A DNA stretch of 64,000 nucleotides from an uncultured Flavobacteriaceae bacterium (GCA_963844995.1 CAWJQE010000008.1:1884-65883); one strand, 5' to 3'. Shown: positions 32,257-43,718, numbered from the stretch's first letter. Program-made: numbers and translations. Notes: generated from the sequence alone by a model not told the origin.

Positions 32257-32279
32257 CGCGCAGTTATTAAACGCTAAAT

Positions 32280-32295
32280 TGTTCCACGTGGAACA
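32280..32295. promoter_or_regulatory. parS centromere site 1
   Basis: Perfect palindrome TGTTCCACGTGGAACA matching the parS consensus; intergenic, just 3' of mnmG. Confidence 0.88.
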
Positions 32296-32303
32296 ATTTG
32301 AAG

Positions 32304-34172
32304 TTAACGCCCCATAAAAACCAATAGCACGCTTATGTCACTTGGGGAAACCCCGCTTATTCTGGATGCCTGTGAGATGGTAACAGGTCTTATGGCTTGT
32401 AACTTTTCGCGTGCCTCATAGGAAAGTGATTTTAGTTTAGAATAATCGAAACCTTCCGGTATTTTAATGTTCTCCAGACGCTGTAGTTTATCCGCATTAT
32501 TCTTTTCCTTTGCTATATAGCCGGAATATTTTACCTGTATTTCCGCTTGTTCCATTACTTCCCTTCCCAGGGCATTAGCTTCCACATAATTAGCTACTTC
32601 TTCTAATTGTAGCATATGACCCATGGTAACATTTGGTCTTGAGAATACCTTGTACATCTTATCTGCTTGCCTGACCGGTGCAGATGCCACTTCTTCCAAA
32701 ATGGGATTAATTGTCTCCGGAGTGAAGCTAGTATTTCTGAAAAAATCTATAAAATCATCCGATTTTTTTTCCTTTTCCTGCATTTTCCTGAGCCGCTCCT
32801 CAGATGCCAATCCTAATGCGTACCCTTTTGGTGTTAGACGAAGATCTGCATTGTCTTGTCGCAATAAAGTGCGGTATTCAGCCCTCGAGGTAAACATACG
32901 ATAAGGTTCTTCTGTACCCTTTGTTATCAGATCGTCTATCAATACCCCAATATATGCTTCATCTCTTTGCAGCTTAAAAGGTGGAAGTTCGTTTATTTTT
33001 AAATGGGCATTGATCCCTGCCATCAGACCTTGAGAAGCCGCTTCCTCATATCCTGTTGTACCATTTATTTGGCCTGCAAAATACAAGTTATTAATAAGCT
33101 TTGTTTCGAGTGTATGCTTAAGCTGCGTAGGAGGAAAATAATCGTACTCTATAGCGTATCCCGGTCTGAAAAATTTAACTTTTTCAAAACCTTTTACTGA
33201 GCGCAAGGCTTTAAACTGTATATCTTCCGGTAAGGAAGTGGAAAATCCATTTACATAGACCTCAACCGTATCCCAGCCTTCAGGCTCTACAAAGATCTGA
33301 TGACTTTCTTTATCTGCAAAACGATTTATCTTGTCCTCAATGGAAGGGCAATAGCGAGGCCCTATGCTTTTAATTCTCCCGTTGAACATAGGAGATCTGT
33401 CAAAACCTTCTTTTAATAATTCATGTACTTCTTTTGAGGTATGTGTCATATGACAATCCCTTTGTCTTGTCAAAAGAGGGGTGTCTAAATAAGAGAATTT
33501 TTCAGGAACTGTGTCTCCGGGCTGAAGTATCATTTTGCTATAATCCAGCGATCTGCCGTCCACTCTTGGCGGAGTTCCCGTTTTCATCCTACCCGAATCA
33601 AATCCGAATGTACTTAGTTGTTCTGTTATTCCTGTTGAACCCTTTTCTCCTGCTCTTCCTCCTCCAAATTGTTTTTCGCCTATATGAATAAGCCCATTGA
33701 GGAATGTACCATTGGTTAGGATAACCGACTTCCCGTGAATATCAATTCCTAACGAAGTCCTTACCCCAATTACCTTATCACCCTTAACTAATAAACCCAT
33801 TACCATTTCCTGGTAAAAATCTACATTCGGAGTGCGCTCTAAAGCCAATCGCCATTCTTCTGCAAAACGCATGCGGTCATTCTGAGTTCTTGGACTCCAC
33901 ATCGCCGGACCTTTACTTTTATTAAGCATTTTAAACTGTATGGCCGATTTATCCGAAACTATACCGCTGTATCCACCAAGCGCATCAATCTCCCTTACAA
34001 TTTGTCCCTTAGCAATACCGCCCATTGCAGGATTACAAGACATTTGCCCTATGGTTTGCAGATTCATGGTCACTAACAAGGTTTTAGAACCCATATTAGC
34101 AGCAGAAGCGGCAGCCTCAGCACCCGCGTGCCCTCCTCCAACTACAATTACATCATATTCCTTTTCGAACAT
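32304..34172 (-). CDS. mnmG: tRNA uridine-5-carboxymethylaminomethyl modification enzyme MnmG/GidA
   Basis: VGGGHAGAEAA, MSCNPAMGG, GPRYCPSIEDK, GQINGTTGYEEA. Confidence 0.98.
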   Translation of the reverse strand: MFEKEYDVIVVGGGHAGAEAAASAANMGSKTLLVTMNLQTIGQMSCNPAMGGIAKGQIVREIDALGGYSGIVSDKSAIQFKMLNKSKGPAMWSPRTQNDRMRFAEEWRLALERTPNVDFYQEMVMGLLVKGDKVIGVRTSLGIDIHGKSVILTNGTFLNGLIHIGEKQFGGGRAGEKGSTGITEQLSTFGFDSGRMKTGTPPRVDGRSLDYSKMILQPGDTVPEKFSYLDTPLLTRQRDCHMTHTSKEVHELLKEGFDRSPMFNGRIKSIGPRYCPSIEDKINRFADKESHQIFVEPEGWDTVEVYVNGFSTSLPEDIQFKALRSVKGFEKVKFFRPGYAIEYDYFPPTQLKHTLETKLINNLYFAGQINGTTGYEEAASQGLMAGINAHLKINELPPFKLQRDEAYIGVLIDDLITKGTEEPYRMFTSRAEYRTLLRQDNADLRLTPKGYALGLASEERLRKMQEKEKKSDDFIDFFRNTSFTPETINPILEEVASAPVRQADKMYKVFSRPNVTMGHMLQLEEVANYVEANALGREVMEQAEIQVKYSGYIAKEKNNADKLQRLENIKIPEGFDYSKLKSLSYEAREKLQAIRPVTISQASRISGVSPSDISVLLVFMGR

Positions 34173-34181
34173 TGTATTCTT

Positions 34182-34601
34182 CTATTGTTCCACGTGGAAC
34201 AGTTTTAATTTTTCATCTTCCTTTCTGGTCATCTCCGTCTTTTCGGTCGCTGTCTTATCTCTATAGCCCATCAAGTGCAACACCCCATGAGCCATAACCC
34301 GCCGTAATTCTTCCTCCGGTTGAACCTGATACTTCTTTGCGTTCTCTCTGATTCGATCCATAGAAATAATTATGTCCCCGTGAATTTCCCTACCCTTTGT
34401 ATAATCGAATGTGATCACGTCCGTAAAGTCATTATGTCCCAGATATCTCTTATTGATCTCCAAAACTTTGTCATCTGTACTCAATACAAAACATAAATTG
34501 CCAGGTATCTTTTCTTCTGAAACAATCAAATTATTCAACCAATCGGTATATTTCTTTTGATCAACTACCCTAAAATCAGTTTCGTCTACAAAATCAATCA
34601 T
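34182..34601 (-). CDS. ybeY: rRNA maturation endoribonuclease YbeY
   Basis: TDVITF, GDIIIS, HGVLHLMGYRD. Confidence 0.93.
   Translation of the reverse strand: MIDFVDETDFRVVDQKKYTDWLNNLIVSEEKIPGNLCFVLSTDDKVLEINKRYLGHNDFTDVITFDYTKGREIHGDIIISMDRIRENAKKYQVQPEEELRRVMAHGVLHLMGYRDKTATEKTEMTRKEDEKLKLFHVEQ
34186..34201. promoter_or_regulatory. parS centromere site 2 (inside the ybeY 3' end)
   Basis: TGTTCCACGTGGAACA, encodes the LFHVEQ tail of YbeY. Confidence 0.85.
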
Positions 34602-37600
34602 CCTTTTTAAAATACTTCTTAGCCTTATCCTTATAAAATTCTTGCAAAGGTAATGCTTGTCTTTGTAATAATTCTAATTGACTTTCTTCTGTTGTACTAT
34701 CCTTTCTGTTGTTTATCAATGGTTTACCATAATTCCTGCGTACCTCCTTGCTTTCACGCTCTTCCTTTTCCCCTTGTTGCATAGCCGCATTCTCCAGTTT
34801 TAATAATTGTTGTTGAATTCTATTAGCCATATCCATTGTTCGTTGTGTAATACCGTTTTCCAACAGGTCGCGTTCAAATTCCTCCATTTGTTGCGCTAAT
34901 CTTTTTGCCAACTGCTTATCCGATTCCTTGATAAATGTAGCCAGTTGTTCTTCCAGCTTTTCCCGTATTAGTTGTTGTTCTTTATAAATCTCATATAACT
35001 CCCTTAATTGCTCCTCGTTCATCTCCAGACCCTGACTACCATCTTCTCCCTTTGAACCGCTTCCTTCTGTTCCTGGTTTCCCATTCTTATCCCCCGGTTT
35101 ACCATCCTTATTCTGGTCGCCAGCGCCCTCGCCCTCTTTGCCCTGTTCGCCTTTTTCTCCCTTTTCACCTTGTTCCCCTTCCTTGCCTTTATCACCCTCC
35201 TTTTGCATACCCTTCATACTCTCCTGTATTCCACTTTGTCCCTTAATTATATCAGGTAATTGAAATCCATCATTTTTTTGGCCACTTCCTTTTCCCTTGC
35301 TTAATGTCTCCTGCATATTGCCTAAAATATTAGCCAGAAAATCTGCCAAATTATTTGCCGCCGTTAGTACATATTGTTGATAAGACACTCCTTGGTACGT
35401 TTGTCCGTCAGAAAGGCTGCTAAGTGAGCGATCAATATTAAAATAGACCTCCGTTATCTGCTCATTGACAAATTCCGTCAACTCCACTTGCCGCAATGAC
35501 AAAGCAAAAAGACTGTCGTCTACATGTTCAAACAAGCTCTTTAATTGTTGTTCTTCCTTTACAACACTGGTGTAATATCCCCTCTCCATTCCTTGTTCCT
35601 GTAATTTATCATACAGAGCCTCTTGCTTAAATGAAAATATTATCAAATTATCCAGAATTTGTCTTAACATTTCAGCGTCCTCTGCCATAGAAGAACTACC
35701 CCCGGACATGGCCGATTGTTGCAGAGCCTCTGACATCTGTTTCATCTTTTGTGCGGCTGATTGTTGCTTTTTCTTAGCATTGTCACCGGCCTTTTGCTTT
35801 TCCTGCCCTTCTGATGCTTCTTCAAGTCCTTGCTGTTTGTTTAATTCCTCTTTTGCATCATTCAAATCTTCCTTTACCTCTTCTTCCTTATCTTCAGAAG
35901 TATCCATCTGTATTGGCTTCTTTAGATCCTTATTGGCCTTCCTAAGGTCTTCTAAACCTTTAGAAATAGTATCGAACTGATTATTTATTTTCTTTTGTTG
36001 ATCTACATTAAAATCTTGTTCTTGTCCTAATTTTGATAAAATATCCTGTTTTTCACTTAACTCGTTAAGATCCTTGGCCAGTTGGTTTGCCTTTTCAGTT
36101 ACATAGTACCGCTTGGTGAGTTCTAATAATTGCTCCAGATTTCGTTTGCTGTTTTGTTGCTTTTTACCTATTTCTTCGAGGCGTTCAGACATCTCCTCTT
36201 TATTTAACTTATCAGCGACCTTTTTTAATTCTTCCAGAAGTCTTTCGTTCTTTCGCGCTTCAATTTCCTGACGTTCCAATCGTTCTTTTAGCAAAGGATC
36301 TGTTTGCTTTTCATTGGTCATGGATTTATTGAGTTGCTTGCTGAATTTTTCCATCAGCGCTTCCTGTTGTTGCTGCTGTTTTAAGAAGTCTTTTATTGCC
36401 TTTTGGTCATTAAAGCTCAGAACATTTTTTTCTTTCTGATCGCGTTCTAACTGTTTTAAAGCCTTTTCTTGTTCCTGGAACTTATCCAAAGCACCATCCC
36501 ATTCCTGTAACAGTTTTTTCTGATCATTTAGCTGCTGTTCCTTTTCCTGTCTTTCATTGAGAATATCCGTAGAGAATACCTGGCTTTTTACTCTTTTTCC
36601 ACCGCGTAATGCATCATTATCTGTAACTTGAAAATAATAGGAATAGCGCCTCCCTCTTTCCAGGTCCATCCCGGAAGGGAACTCATAATAAAAATTAAAA
36701 ACGCGATCTCCTGGTCTCGCCAATTCTAATACAATGCTTTTATCTTCCTCATTATCAATATAATAGACCAATTCCAATTTTGATATCTTATAGTCATCCG
36801 TAATTATTCCTTCATAGGAAAGTGCTTGACCTACAGAATCTCGTATCTCATTTACTCTGATGGAAGGGCTTGCATCCTTATTGACCCTTATACGATATTG
36901 GAGCCGCTCATAATTTTCTACATTCTCATTAGAAGTAGTTACTTCATATTCTAATTCATTCGTTACCTCCTTTGTAAAACTATATTGTCCCTCATTTACG
37001 GCGAATACTACCGCAGTATCTTTGGTTACCAATTGTACTCTATTGGTATTTTCACCTGTTACCTGCCACGTAATATTTGTGCCCTCCGGTACTAATGCAT
37101 TCCCTGTACCCTGGAGTGTATCTGACTTCTTTTGGGTATAGGGCGGATATACTAAAATGGTCTTGAACTCCTGAATAGAAGGAGTGGTCATCGCATTTAT
37201 CCGATATTGTCTCGACCTTATTTTATTAGCACTTAAATAGAAATCCTGAGATTCTATCGGAGCCCTGAAAGTATATGAGAACTGTCCGTTATTTTTTTGT
37301 AATAATCGTTCTTTTCCGTCAATAACGATATATGCAATATCTGGCTGTAGTTCCCCCTCGGTAGCAATATTAAGTGTATACGATTCTGATTCCAGCACAT
37401 CCAAAGCTCCATTTAACAAGACGAATCTGAAGGGTGCTGGTTTTTCATAGGCCACGTCATAGTTTACTACCCGATCATATGAGCCAAAAAAGGAATTTAA
37501 CTGGCCCGCTATACCAATGCCCGCTATTATAAATAATGGTATCAATACATATTTCACATATGCTAAACTCTTTCGAACGTCTATTGCCTTGTTAAAAGGG

Positions 37601-38014
37601 ATAGGCGAAAGTCTCTTTGAGCGCTGCTCGATACTTGCAAGCAATAGCTCCGATTTGTGTTTGTCGCTCTGCGAGATCTAAGAGATTAACCAGATGATCC
37701 CCCACTTCAGGAAAATGGTTGCCAATGATCCTGGAGGCTACTGATAGATCGAGTCCTTTTTGTAATCGTAGTAAATATGTGATGGGAATTATAAGATATC
37801 GCACTAACAATAAAAGGGTAACCACCAGCGAAGAGATCAATAAAACCAGCCTTGCGGTAGAGCCTAGCCACAGGAAATATTCCAAAGCAAGAACGCTTAA
37901 GAAAAACAACAATGCCAGAGCCACAAATACAAAAGCCCCTTTGATGATCTGAGTGGTATAGTACTTGGTGATGAATGCCGACAGTTTGTGTAGAATGTTC
38001 TTATAACTATCCAA
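34594..38014 (-). CDS. DUF4175-like large membrane-anchored coiled-coil protein; +1 frameshift near 37665
   Basis: Track ORFs 37592-38014 and 34594-37644 join (NLLDLAE/KSELLLASIEQR); N-terminal TMs, beta domains, long E/K/Q coiled coil. Confidence 0.75.
35050..35196 (-). repeat. Low-complexity Gly-X-Y-like tract within the DUF4175-like gene
   Basis: GDKGKEGEQGEKGEKGEQGKEGEGAGDQNKDGKPGDKNGKPG. Confidence 0.7.
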
Positions 38015-38087
38015 AATCTGCTATATTTAATACCAAGATACCGGATATGGTATAATTGAACCTCAAAAATTTGTTAAAAAGCTTACA

Positions 38088-39131
38088 ATGAAGGATTTAA
38101 AATACCTGGCGGCCTTAACACTTCCACTTTCTGCCCTAATTGGCATAAACTTAGGGGGCCTATGGAGTTATTTTACCCCGGTATACGGCTTCGTTCTTAT
38201 TCCCATTCTGGAGATAATTCTCCCGCTAGACAATAGAAATTTCGATCAGAAAACCAAAGAAAAAAGAAACCTTGACAAGGCATTTGATTGGATGCTATAT
38301 GCCAATCTTCCCATAGTATATGGGCTACTATTCTATTATCTGTGGTCCTTCTCACATATAACATATGCTTCCTATGAAATAGCTGGACTTATACTTTCTC
38401 TGGGGATTGTTTTGGGAACCAATGGTATTAATGTAGGTCATGAATTAGGACATAGATTAAAGTCCGCAGATCGATTCCTGGGAAAATTATTACTGCTCCC
38501 TTCTTTGTATATGCATTTCTATATCGAACATAATTTTGGTCATCATCTCCATGCTGCTACCGTGGAAGATCCGGCCACTGCCCGTTATAATCAATCGGTA
38601 TATTCCTTTTGGATCACCTCTGTCAGCAGACAATATGTAAAAGCCTGGAAGATACAGTTAAAGTTATTGGGCAGTGAGAATCGATCATTCTTTTCCATTA
38701 ATAATGACATGTTTTGGTATATTATTTTGCAAGTCGCTTATTTGTTTCTTGTACTTATTCTCTTTGGCCTACCCTCTCTTTGGTTTGCCCTCGGAGCGGC
38801 CCTGGTAGGCTTTTTACTTTTGGAAACGGTAAACTATATTGAACATTACGGCCTTTTGCGCCAAAAGATGCCTTCGGGACGATATGAACGAGTAAAGGAG
38901 ATCCACTCCTGGAACAGCAACCATGTTTTGGGCCGAATCATGTTATACGAATTAACAAGACACAGTGATCATCATTATATCTCATCTAAGAAATACCAGG
39001 TACTAGACTGCCATGAGGATTCTCCTCAAATGCCCTTTGGCTATCCTACCTCTATGGTTCTATCTCTTCTGCCGCCTTTGTGGTTTAAGATCATGAATAA
39101 ACGAATCCCCAATACTATGAAACCTGCTTAG
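38088..39131 (+). CDS. alkB: Alkane 1-monooxygenase (AlkB-type membrane di-iron enzyme)
   Basis: His boxes HELGH, EHNFGHH, NYIEHYG, LTRHSDHH. Confidence 0.85.
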   Translation: MKDLKYLAALTLPLSALIGINLGGLWSYFTPVYGFVLIPILEIILPLDNRNFDQKTKEKRNLDKAFDWMLYANLPIVYGLLFYYLWSFSHITYASYEIAGLILSLGIVLGTNGINVGHELGHRLKSADRFLGKLLLLPSLYMHFYIEHNFGHHLHAATVEDPATARYNQSVYSFWITSVSRQYVKAWKIQLKLLGSENRSFFSINNDMFWYIILQVAYLFLVLILFGLPSLWFALGAALVGFLLLETVNYIEHYGLLRQKMPSGRYERVKEIHSWNSNHVLGRIMLYELTRHSDHHYISSKKYQVLDCHEDSPQMPFGYPTSMVLSLLPPLWFKIMNKRIPNTMKPA

Positions 39132-39234
39132 GGGCTGTGGTTTTCTGGAATGATATAGAAGGTTGGGAATTGATACTGTAACCTTTTGGCATTCGATAGC
39201 TTCCGCCTATCTTTGTTTTCTTAAGAATTTTTCC

Positions 39235-40746
39235 ATGAATAACCATGTCCGCGTTCGGTTTGCTCCCAGTCCCACAGGACCATTACATATTGGCGGAGTC
39301 CGTACTGCCTTATTCAATTACTTATTTGCTAAAAAGCATGGAGGTTCTTTTGTCCTGAGGATAGAAGATACAGACCAGAACCGGTATGTGGAAGGCGCAG
39401 AACAATATATCATAGATGCCCTTAATTGGTGTGGGATACCTTTTGATGAAGGTCCGGGGAAGAATGGTGCCTATGGCCCCTATCGCCAAAGTGAACGCAA
39501 GGATCTGTACAAAAAATACGCCGAAGAACTGGTGGAAAAGGGAAAAGCATATTACGCTTTTGATACAGCAGAAAAGTTGGAGTTTCACCGCAAGGATCAT
39601 GAAGAAAAAGGCAAGACCTTTATTTACAACTGGCATAACAGAGAAAAGCTTTCTAATTCACTTACACTAACGCCTGAAGAAACTCAGGCCAGAATTGCGG
39701 CAGGAGAAGATCACGTAATCCGGTTTAAAACTCCGCATGAAGAGATCATTCAGTTACATGACCAGATCCGTGGAGATATAAGTATTGATGCGTCTCTTTT
39801 AGATGACAAGGTATTGTTTAAAAGTGATGGGATGCCTACTTACCATTTGGCAAATATTGTAGATGATCATTTGATGGAGATCACGCATGTGATTAGGGGA
39901 GAAGAGTGGTTGCCTTCATTAGCTCTTCATTGTCAGCTATACATAGCATTTGGATGGACACCACCCGTTTTTGCACATCTGCCGCTAATCATGAAGCCTA
40001 CGGGAAAAGGAAAACTAAGCAAGCGAGATGGCGAAAAAATGGGCTTCCCTGTATTTCCACTTTCCTGGGAATCCTCTGTTGGCTATAAAGAAGCCGGGTA
40101 TTTTCCGGAAGCAGTCGTAAATTTCCTGGCTATGCTCGGATGGAACTCTAGTGATGATAAAGAACTATATTCACTAAAGGAGCTGATAAGTGCCTTTACA
40201 CTGGAGCGGGTTCATAATTCCGGAGCACGATTCGATCCGGATAAAACTAAATGGTACAACCATCAATATTTACAGCAAAAATCTGATGAAGAGCTTGCGG
40301 CTCTGTTTTATCCCATTGTTCAGAAAAAGAAGCCTTCACTTGCATCTCATATGGATTTAATATATGTAACCAAGGTGGTTGCTATGGTAAAGGAGCGAGC
40401 CAATTTTGTTAATGATCTTTGGGATCTAAGCTCTTACTTCTTCGTAACTCCTGATCAGTATGAAGAAAAACCGGTAAAGAAACAATGGAAGGAAAACACA
40501 GCTGCAATTCTTGGCAGCCTCCAAAAGGTATTAGAAGCCACCCCCTCATTTGAATCTGCCAATTTAGAGTCGGTTGTTAAAGAATGGATCGTAGCAGAAG
40601 GGTTATCCTTTGGGATGGTAATGGCGCCTTTGCGTCTTGTTATCGTTGGCGATCTAAAAGGGCCTCATTTATTCGATATTCTTTCCCTTATTGGAAAAGA
40701 AGAAAGCGTAAAAAGAATTCAGATCGCGATAGAGCGACTTCCATAA
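39235..40746 (+). CDS. gltX: Glutamate--tRNA ligase
   Basis: RFAPSPTGPLHIG, RIEDTD, KLSKR; start ATG 39235 after a TAtcTTTG box (39208-39215). Confidence 0.97.
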   Translation: MNNHVRVRFAPSPTGPLHIGGVRTALFNYLFAKKHGGSFVLRIEDTDQNRYVEGAEQYIIDALNWCGIPFDEGPGKNGAYGPYRQSERKDLYKKYAEELVEKGKAYYAFDTAEKLEFHRKDHEEKGKTFIYNWHNREKLSNSLTLTPEETQARIAAGEDHVIRFKTPHEEIIQLHDQIRGDISIDASLLDDKVLFKSDGMPTYHLANIVDDHLMEITHVIRGEEWLPSLALHCQLYIAFGWTPPVFAHLPLIMKPTGKGKLSKRDGEKMGFPVFPLSWESSVGYKEAGYFPEAVVNFLAMLGWNSSDDKELYSLKELISAFTLERVHNSGARFDPDKTKWYNHQYLQQKSDEELAALFYPIVQKKKPSLASHMDLIYVTKVVAMVKERANFVNDLWDLSSYFFVTPDQYEEKPVKKQWKENTAAILGSLQKVLEATPSFESANLESVVKEWIVAEGLSFGMVMAPLRLVIVGDLKGPHLFDILSLIGKEESVKRIQIAIERLP

Positions 40747-40856
40747 TATTGCCAATCCTATTTCATTAGTAATGCGATATTGGATTGTAACGAAACCATA
40801 AAAATGCCGACCAATTAGGTACACTTGTTTTTTAATCATTAACTAAATCAATAATA

Positions 40857-41801
40857 ATGGGAAATTTTATTTTAATACCAATCTTCTTTTTTGCATTCGT
40901 TATTCTTCTATTGTCATTTTTTGTAGTGAAGCAACAATCGGCTGTCATTATTGAGCGTTTTGGTAAATTCCTCAGCATTCGAAATTCGGGATTACAGATG
41001 AAGATCCCATTGGTGGATAAGATCGCAGGGCGGGTAAGCTTAAAGATCCAACAATTAGATGTGATCGTTGAAACCAAAACACTGGATGACGTTTTTGTGA
41101 AATTGAAAGTTTCTGTTCAATACGTTATTATAAGAACTAAGGTCTATGAAGCCTTTTATATCCTTGATTTCCCACATGAGCAAATTACCTCCTATGTATT
41201 TGATGTGGTTAGGGCAGAGGTTCCTAAGATGAAATTGGATGATGTCTTTGTAAAAAAGGATGACATTGCCAATGCGGTAAAAAGCGAACTACAAGATGCC
41301 ATGCTCGATTATGGATTTGATATCATAAAAACCCTGGTTACTGATATTGATCCGGATTCTCAAGTGAAAGCGGCCATGAACCGTATCAATGCCTCTGAAA
41401 GAGAAAAAATAGCTGCGCAATTCGAAGGAGATGCGGCTCGTATCCTGATCGTTGAGAAAGCAAAAGCTGAAGCTGAAAGCAAACGCTTGCAGGGAATGGG
41501 GATCGCCGACCAAAGACGAGAAATTGCTCGTGGTTTGGAAGAATCAGTAGAAGTGCTGAACAAAGTAGGTATCAATTCTCAGGAAGCTTCTGCGTTGATC
41601 GTGGTGACACAACATTATGATACACTTCAGGCTATTGGGGAAGAAACCAATACAAACCTTATTCTGTTGCCTAACTCACCTCAGGCAGGAAGTGATATGC
41701 TGAATAACATGGTTGCATCTTTTACTGCAAGTAATATGATAGGGGAGGCCATGAAAAAAGATAATCCGAAAACTAATCCCAAGCCTAAAGGGAAGCAGTA
41801 A
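40857..41801 (+). CDS. SPFH/Band 7 domain membrane protein
   Basis: N-terminal TM, ERFGKF, VVRAEVPKM.LD, AEAESK.LQG.GIA.QR. Confidence 0.9.
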   Translation: MGNFILIPIFFFAFVILLLSFFVVKQQSAVIIERFGKFLSIRNSGLQMKIPLVDKIAGRVSLKIQQLDVIVETKTLDDVFVKLKVSVQYVIIRTKVYEAFYILDFPHEQITSYVFDVVRAEVPKMKLDDVFVKKDDIANAVKSELQDAMLDYGFDIIKTLVTDIDPDSQVKAAMNRINASEREKIAAQFEGDAARILIVEKAKAEAESKRLQGMGIADQRREIARGLEESVEVLNKVGINSQEASALIVVTQHYDTLQAIGEETNTNLILLPNSPQAGSDMLNNMVASFTASNMIGEAMKKDNPKTNPKPKGKQ

Positions 41802-41819
41802 TTAAATTTCCCAAAAATT

Positions 41820-41855
41820 AAAACCCTGAAGTTGTAAGAAACCTCAGGGTTTTTT
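41820..41855 (+). terminator. Intrinsic terminator after the SPFH gene
   Basis: aaaaccctga...tcagggtttttt. Confidence 0.75.
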
Positions 41856-42032
41856 GTTTTGTGTTTGGAAGAAATGAGAAAAGTGATTTTAATTACTCCT
41901 AACGGAGATTTTATCTGGCCAACCAGGCTATTCCCTTCTCTGTTTTTAAAAATGGCTCAGAGATACGCTATTCGATCCATTTTTAATTTAATATACTTAT
42001 TGTTATAAATATTTTTATAGATAGAATCTATT

Positions 42033-43718
42033 TTAAGCTTTTTCCTGAATTTTGGCCCAGGTATCTCTTAAAGGTACGGTTCTGTTAAAAACTAACTTTC
42101 CTGGTTTGGAATCAGCATCTATATTAAAATATCCCAATCGCTGGAATTGAAAATGTTCTTCGACCTGAGCATTTTTCAGGCTTGGTTCCGCAAAGGCAGT
42201 AATAACCCGCAGAGAATCAGGATTTACAAACTCCATAAATTCTTTGTCCTTGTGCGAATCAGGAGCTTCGTCAGTAAATAATCGGTCATACAATCTTACC
42301 TCTGCTGGAATGGCATGTGGAACAGATACCCAGTGCAGGGTTCCTTTTACTTTTCGCAAACTCTCCTCCGTACCGCTTCCACTCTTACTTTTTGGATCAT
42401 ACGTACATTGTATCTCTGTAACCTTTCCATCTTTATCTTTGGTACAACTTTCCGCTTTTATGATATAGCCATTTTTAAGTCGGACCTCGCCCCCTAATTT
42501 TAAACGAAAGAATTTACGGTTCGCCTCTTCTTTAAAATCATCTTGTTCTATATACAATTCCTTTGAGAAGGGAACTTCTCTATCGCCTGCTGATTCATCT
42601 TCCGGATTGTTTTCTGCTTTCAACCATTCGGTATTTTCCTCCGGATAGTTTGTTATCACCACTTTCACCGGATCTAATACTGCCATAACTCTGGGCGCTA
42701 TTTTATTCAAATGTTCCCTTACATGAAATTCTAATAAAGAAACGTCCACTAAATTTTCCCTTTTTGCGATCCCTATGGTATCTGCAAAATTCCTAATAGA
42801 TTCTGCCGTGTATCCCCTTCTTCGAAGGCCCGATATTGTGGGCATTCTTGGATCATTCCATCCGTTTACGACCTTTTGTTCTACCAATTGTAGAAGCTTT
42901 CGTTTGCTCACAACGGTATGACTCAAATTTCTTCTGGCAAATTCGCGTTGTTTTGGTCTTAATTTTTTTTCATCAACTACCTGGTCCAAAAACCAATCAT
43001 ACAATTCACGATGAGGAGCAAATTCGAGGGTACACAAGGAGTGTGATACCTGTTCAATATAGTCGCTTTCCCCATGCGTCCAGTCGTACATTGGATAAAT
43101 ACACCAATCGGTATTTGTGCGATGGTGTGGCTTGTGCAGGATGCGATACATAAGGGGGTCGCGCATAAGCATATTAGAGGCAGCCATATCTATCTTAGCC
43201 CTTAATACATGGCTTCCTTCTGCATATTTGCCTTCTTTCATCCCCTCGAATAACTGTAAATTTTCTTCGATGCTGCGATTCCTAAAAGGGCTATTTACTC
43301 CAGGTTCTGTAGGTGTTCCCTTTTGTGTGGCCATATCTTCAGAAGACTGGCTGTCTACATAGGCTTTTCCATTCTTGATCAATGATACGGCCCAATCGTA
43401 CAATTGTTGAAAATAATCTGAAGCATAGCACTCATTTTCCCAAACATACCCGAGCCATTCAACATCTCTTTTAATAGCGTCAACAAACTCCTTTTCTTCT
43501 TTGATCGGATTGGTATCATCAAACCTCAGATTTACAGGGGAATTGTACCGCAATCCCAACCCAAAATTGAGACAAATTGAACTTGCGTGACCAATGTGCA
43601 AATATCCATTTGGTTCTGGTGGAAAACGGAAACGTAATTGATCTTTTGGAAAACCCTTAGATAGATCTTCTTCTACGATATGTTCTATAAAATTCAGCGC
43701 TTTTTTTTCTTCGCTCAT
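42033..43718 (-). CDS. glnS: Glutamine--tRNA ligase
   Basis: RFPPEPNGYLHIGH, RFDDTNP, SHSLCTLEF, VSKRKL, DPRMPT. Confidence 0.97.
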   Translation of the reverse strand: MSEEKKALNFIEHIVEEDLSKGFPKDQLRFRFPPEPNGYLHIGHASSICLNFGLGLRYNSPVNLRFDDTNPIKEEKEFVDAIKRDVEWLGYVWENECYASDYFQQLYDWAVSLIKNGKAYVDSQSSEDMATQKGTPTEPGVNSPFRNRSIEENLQLFEGMKEGKYAEGSHVLRAKIDMAASNMLMRDPLMYRILHKPHHRTNTDWCIYPMYDWTHGESDYIEQVSHSLCTLEFAPHRELYDWFLDQVVDEKKLRPKQREFARRNLSHTVVSKRKLLQLVEQKVVNGWNDPRMPTISGLRRRGYTAESIRNFADTIGIAKRENLVDVSLLEFHVREHLNKIAPRVMAVLDPVKVVITNYPEENTEWLKAENNPEDESAGDREVPFSKELYIEQDDFKEEANRKFFRLKLGGEVRLKNGYIIKAESCTKDKDGKVTEIQCTYDPKSKSGSGTEESLRKVKGTLHWVSVPHAIPAEVRLYDRLFTDEAPDSHKDKEFMEFVNPDSLRVITAFAEPSLKNAQVEEHFQFQRLGYFNIDADSKPGKLVFNRTVPLRDTWAKIQEKA

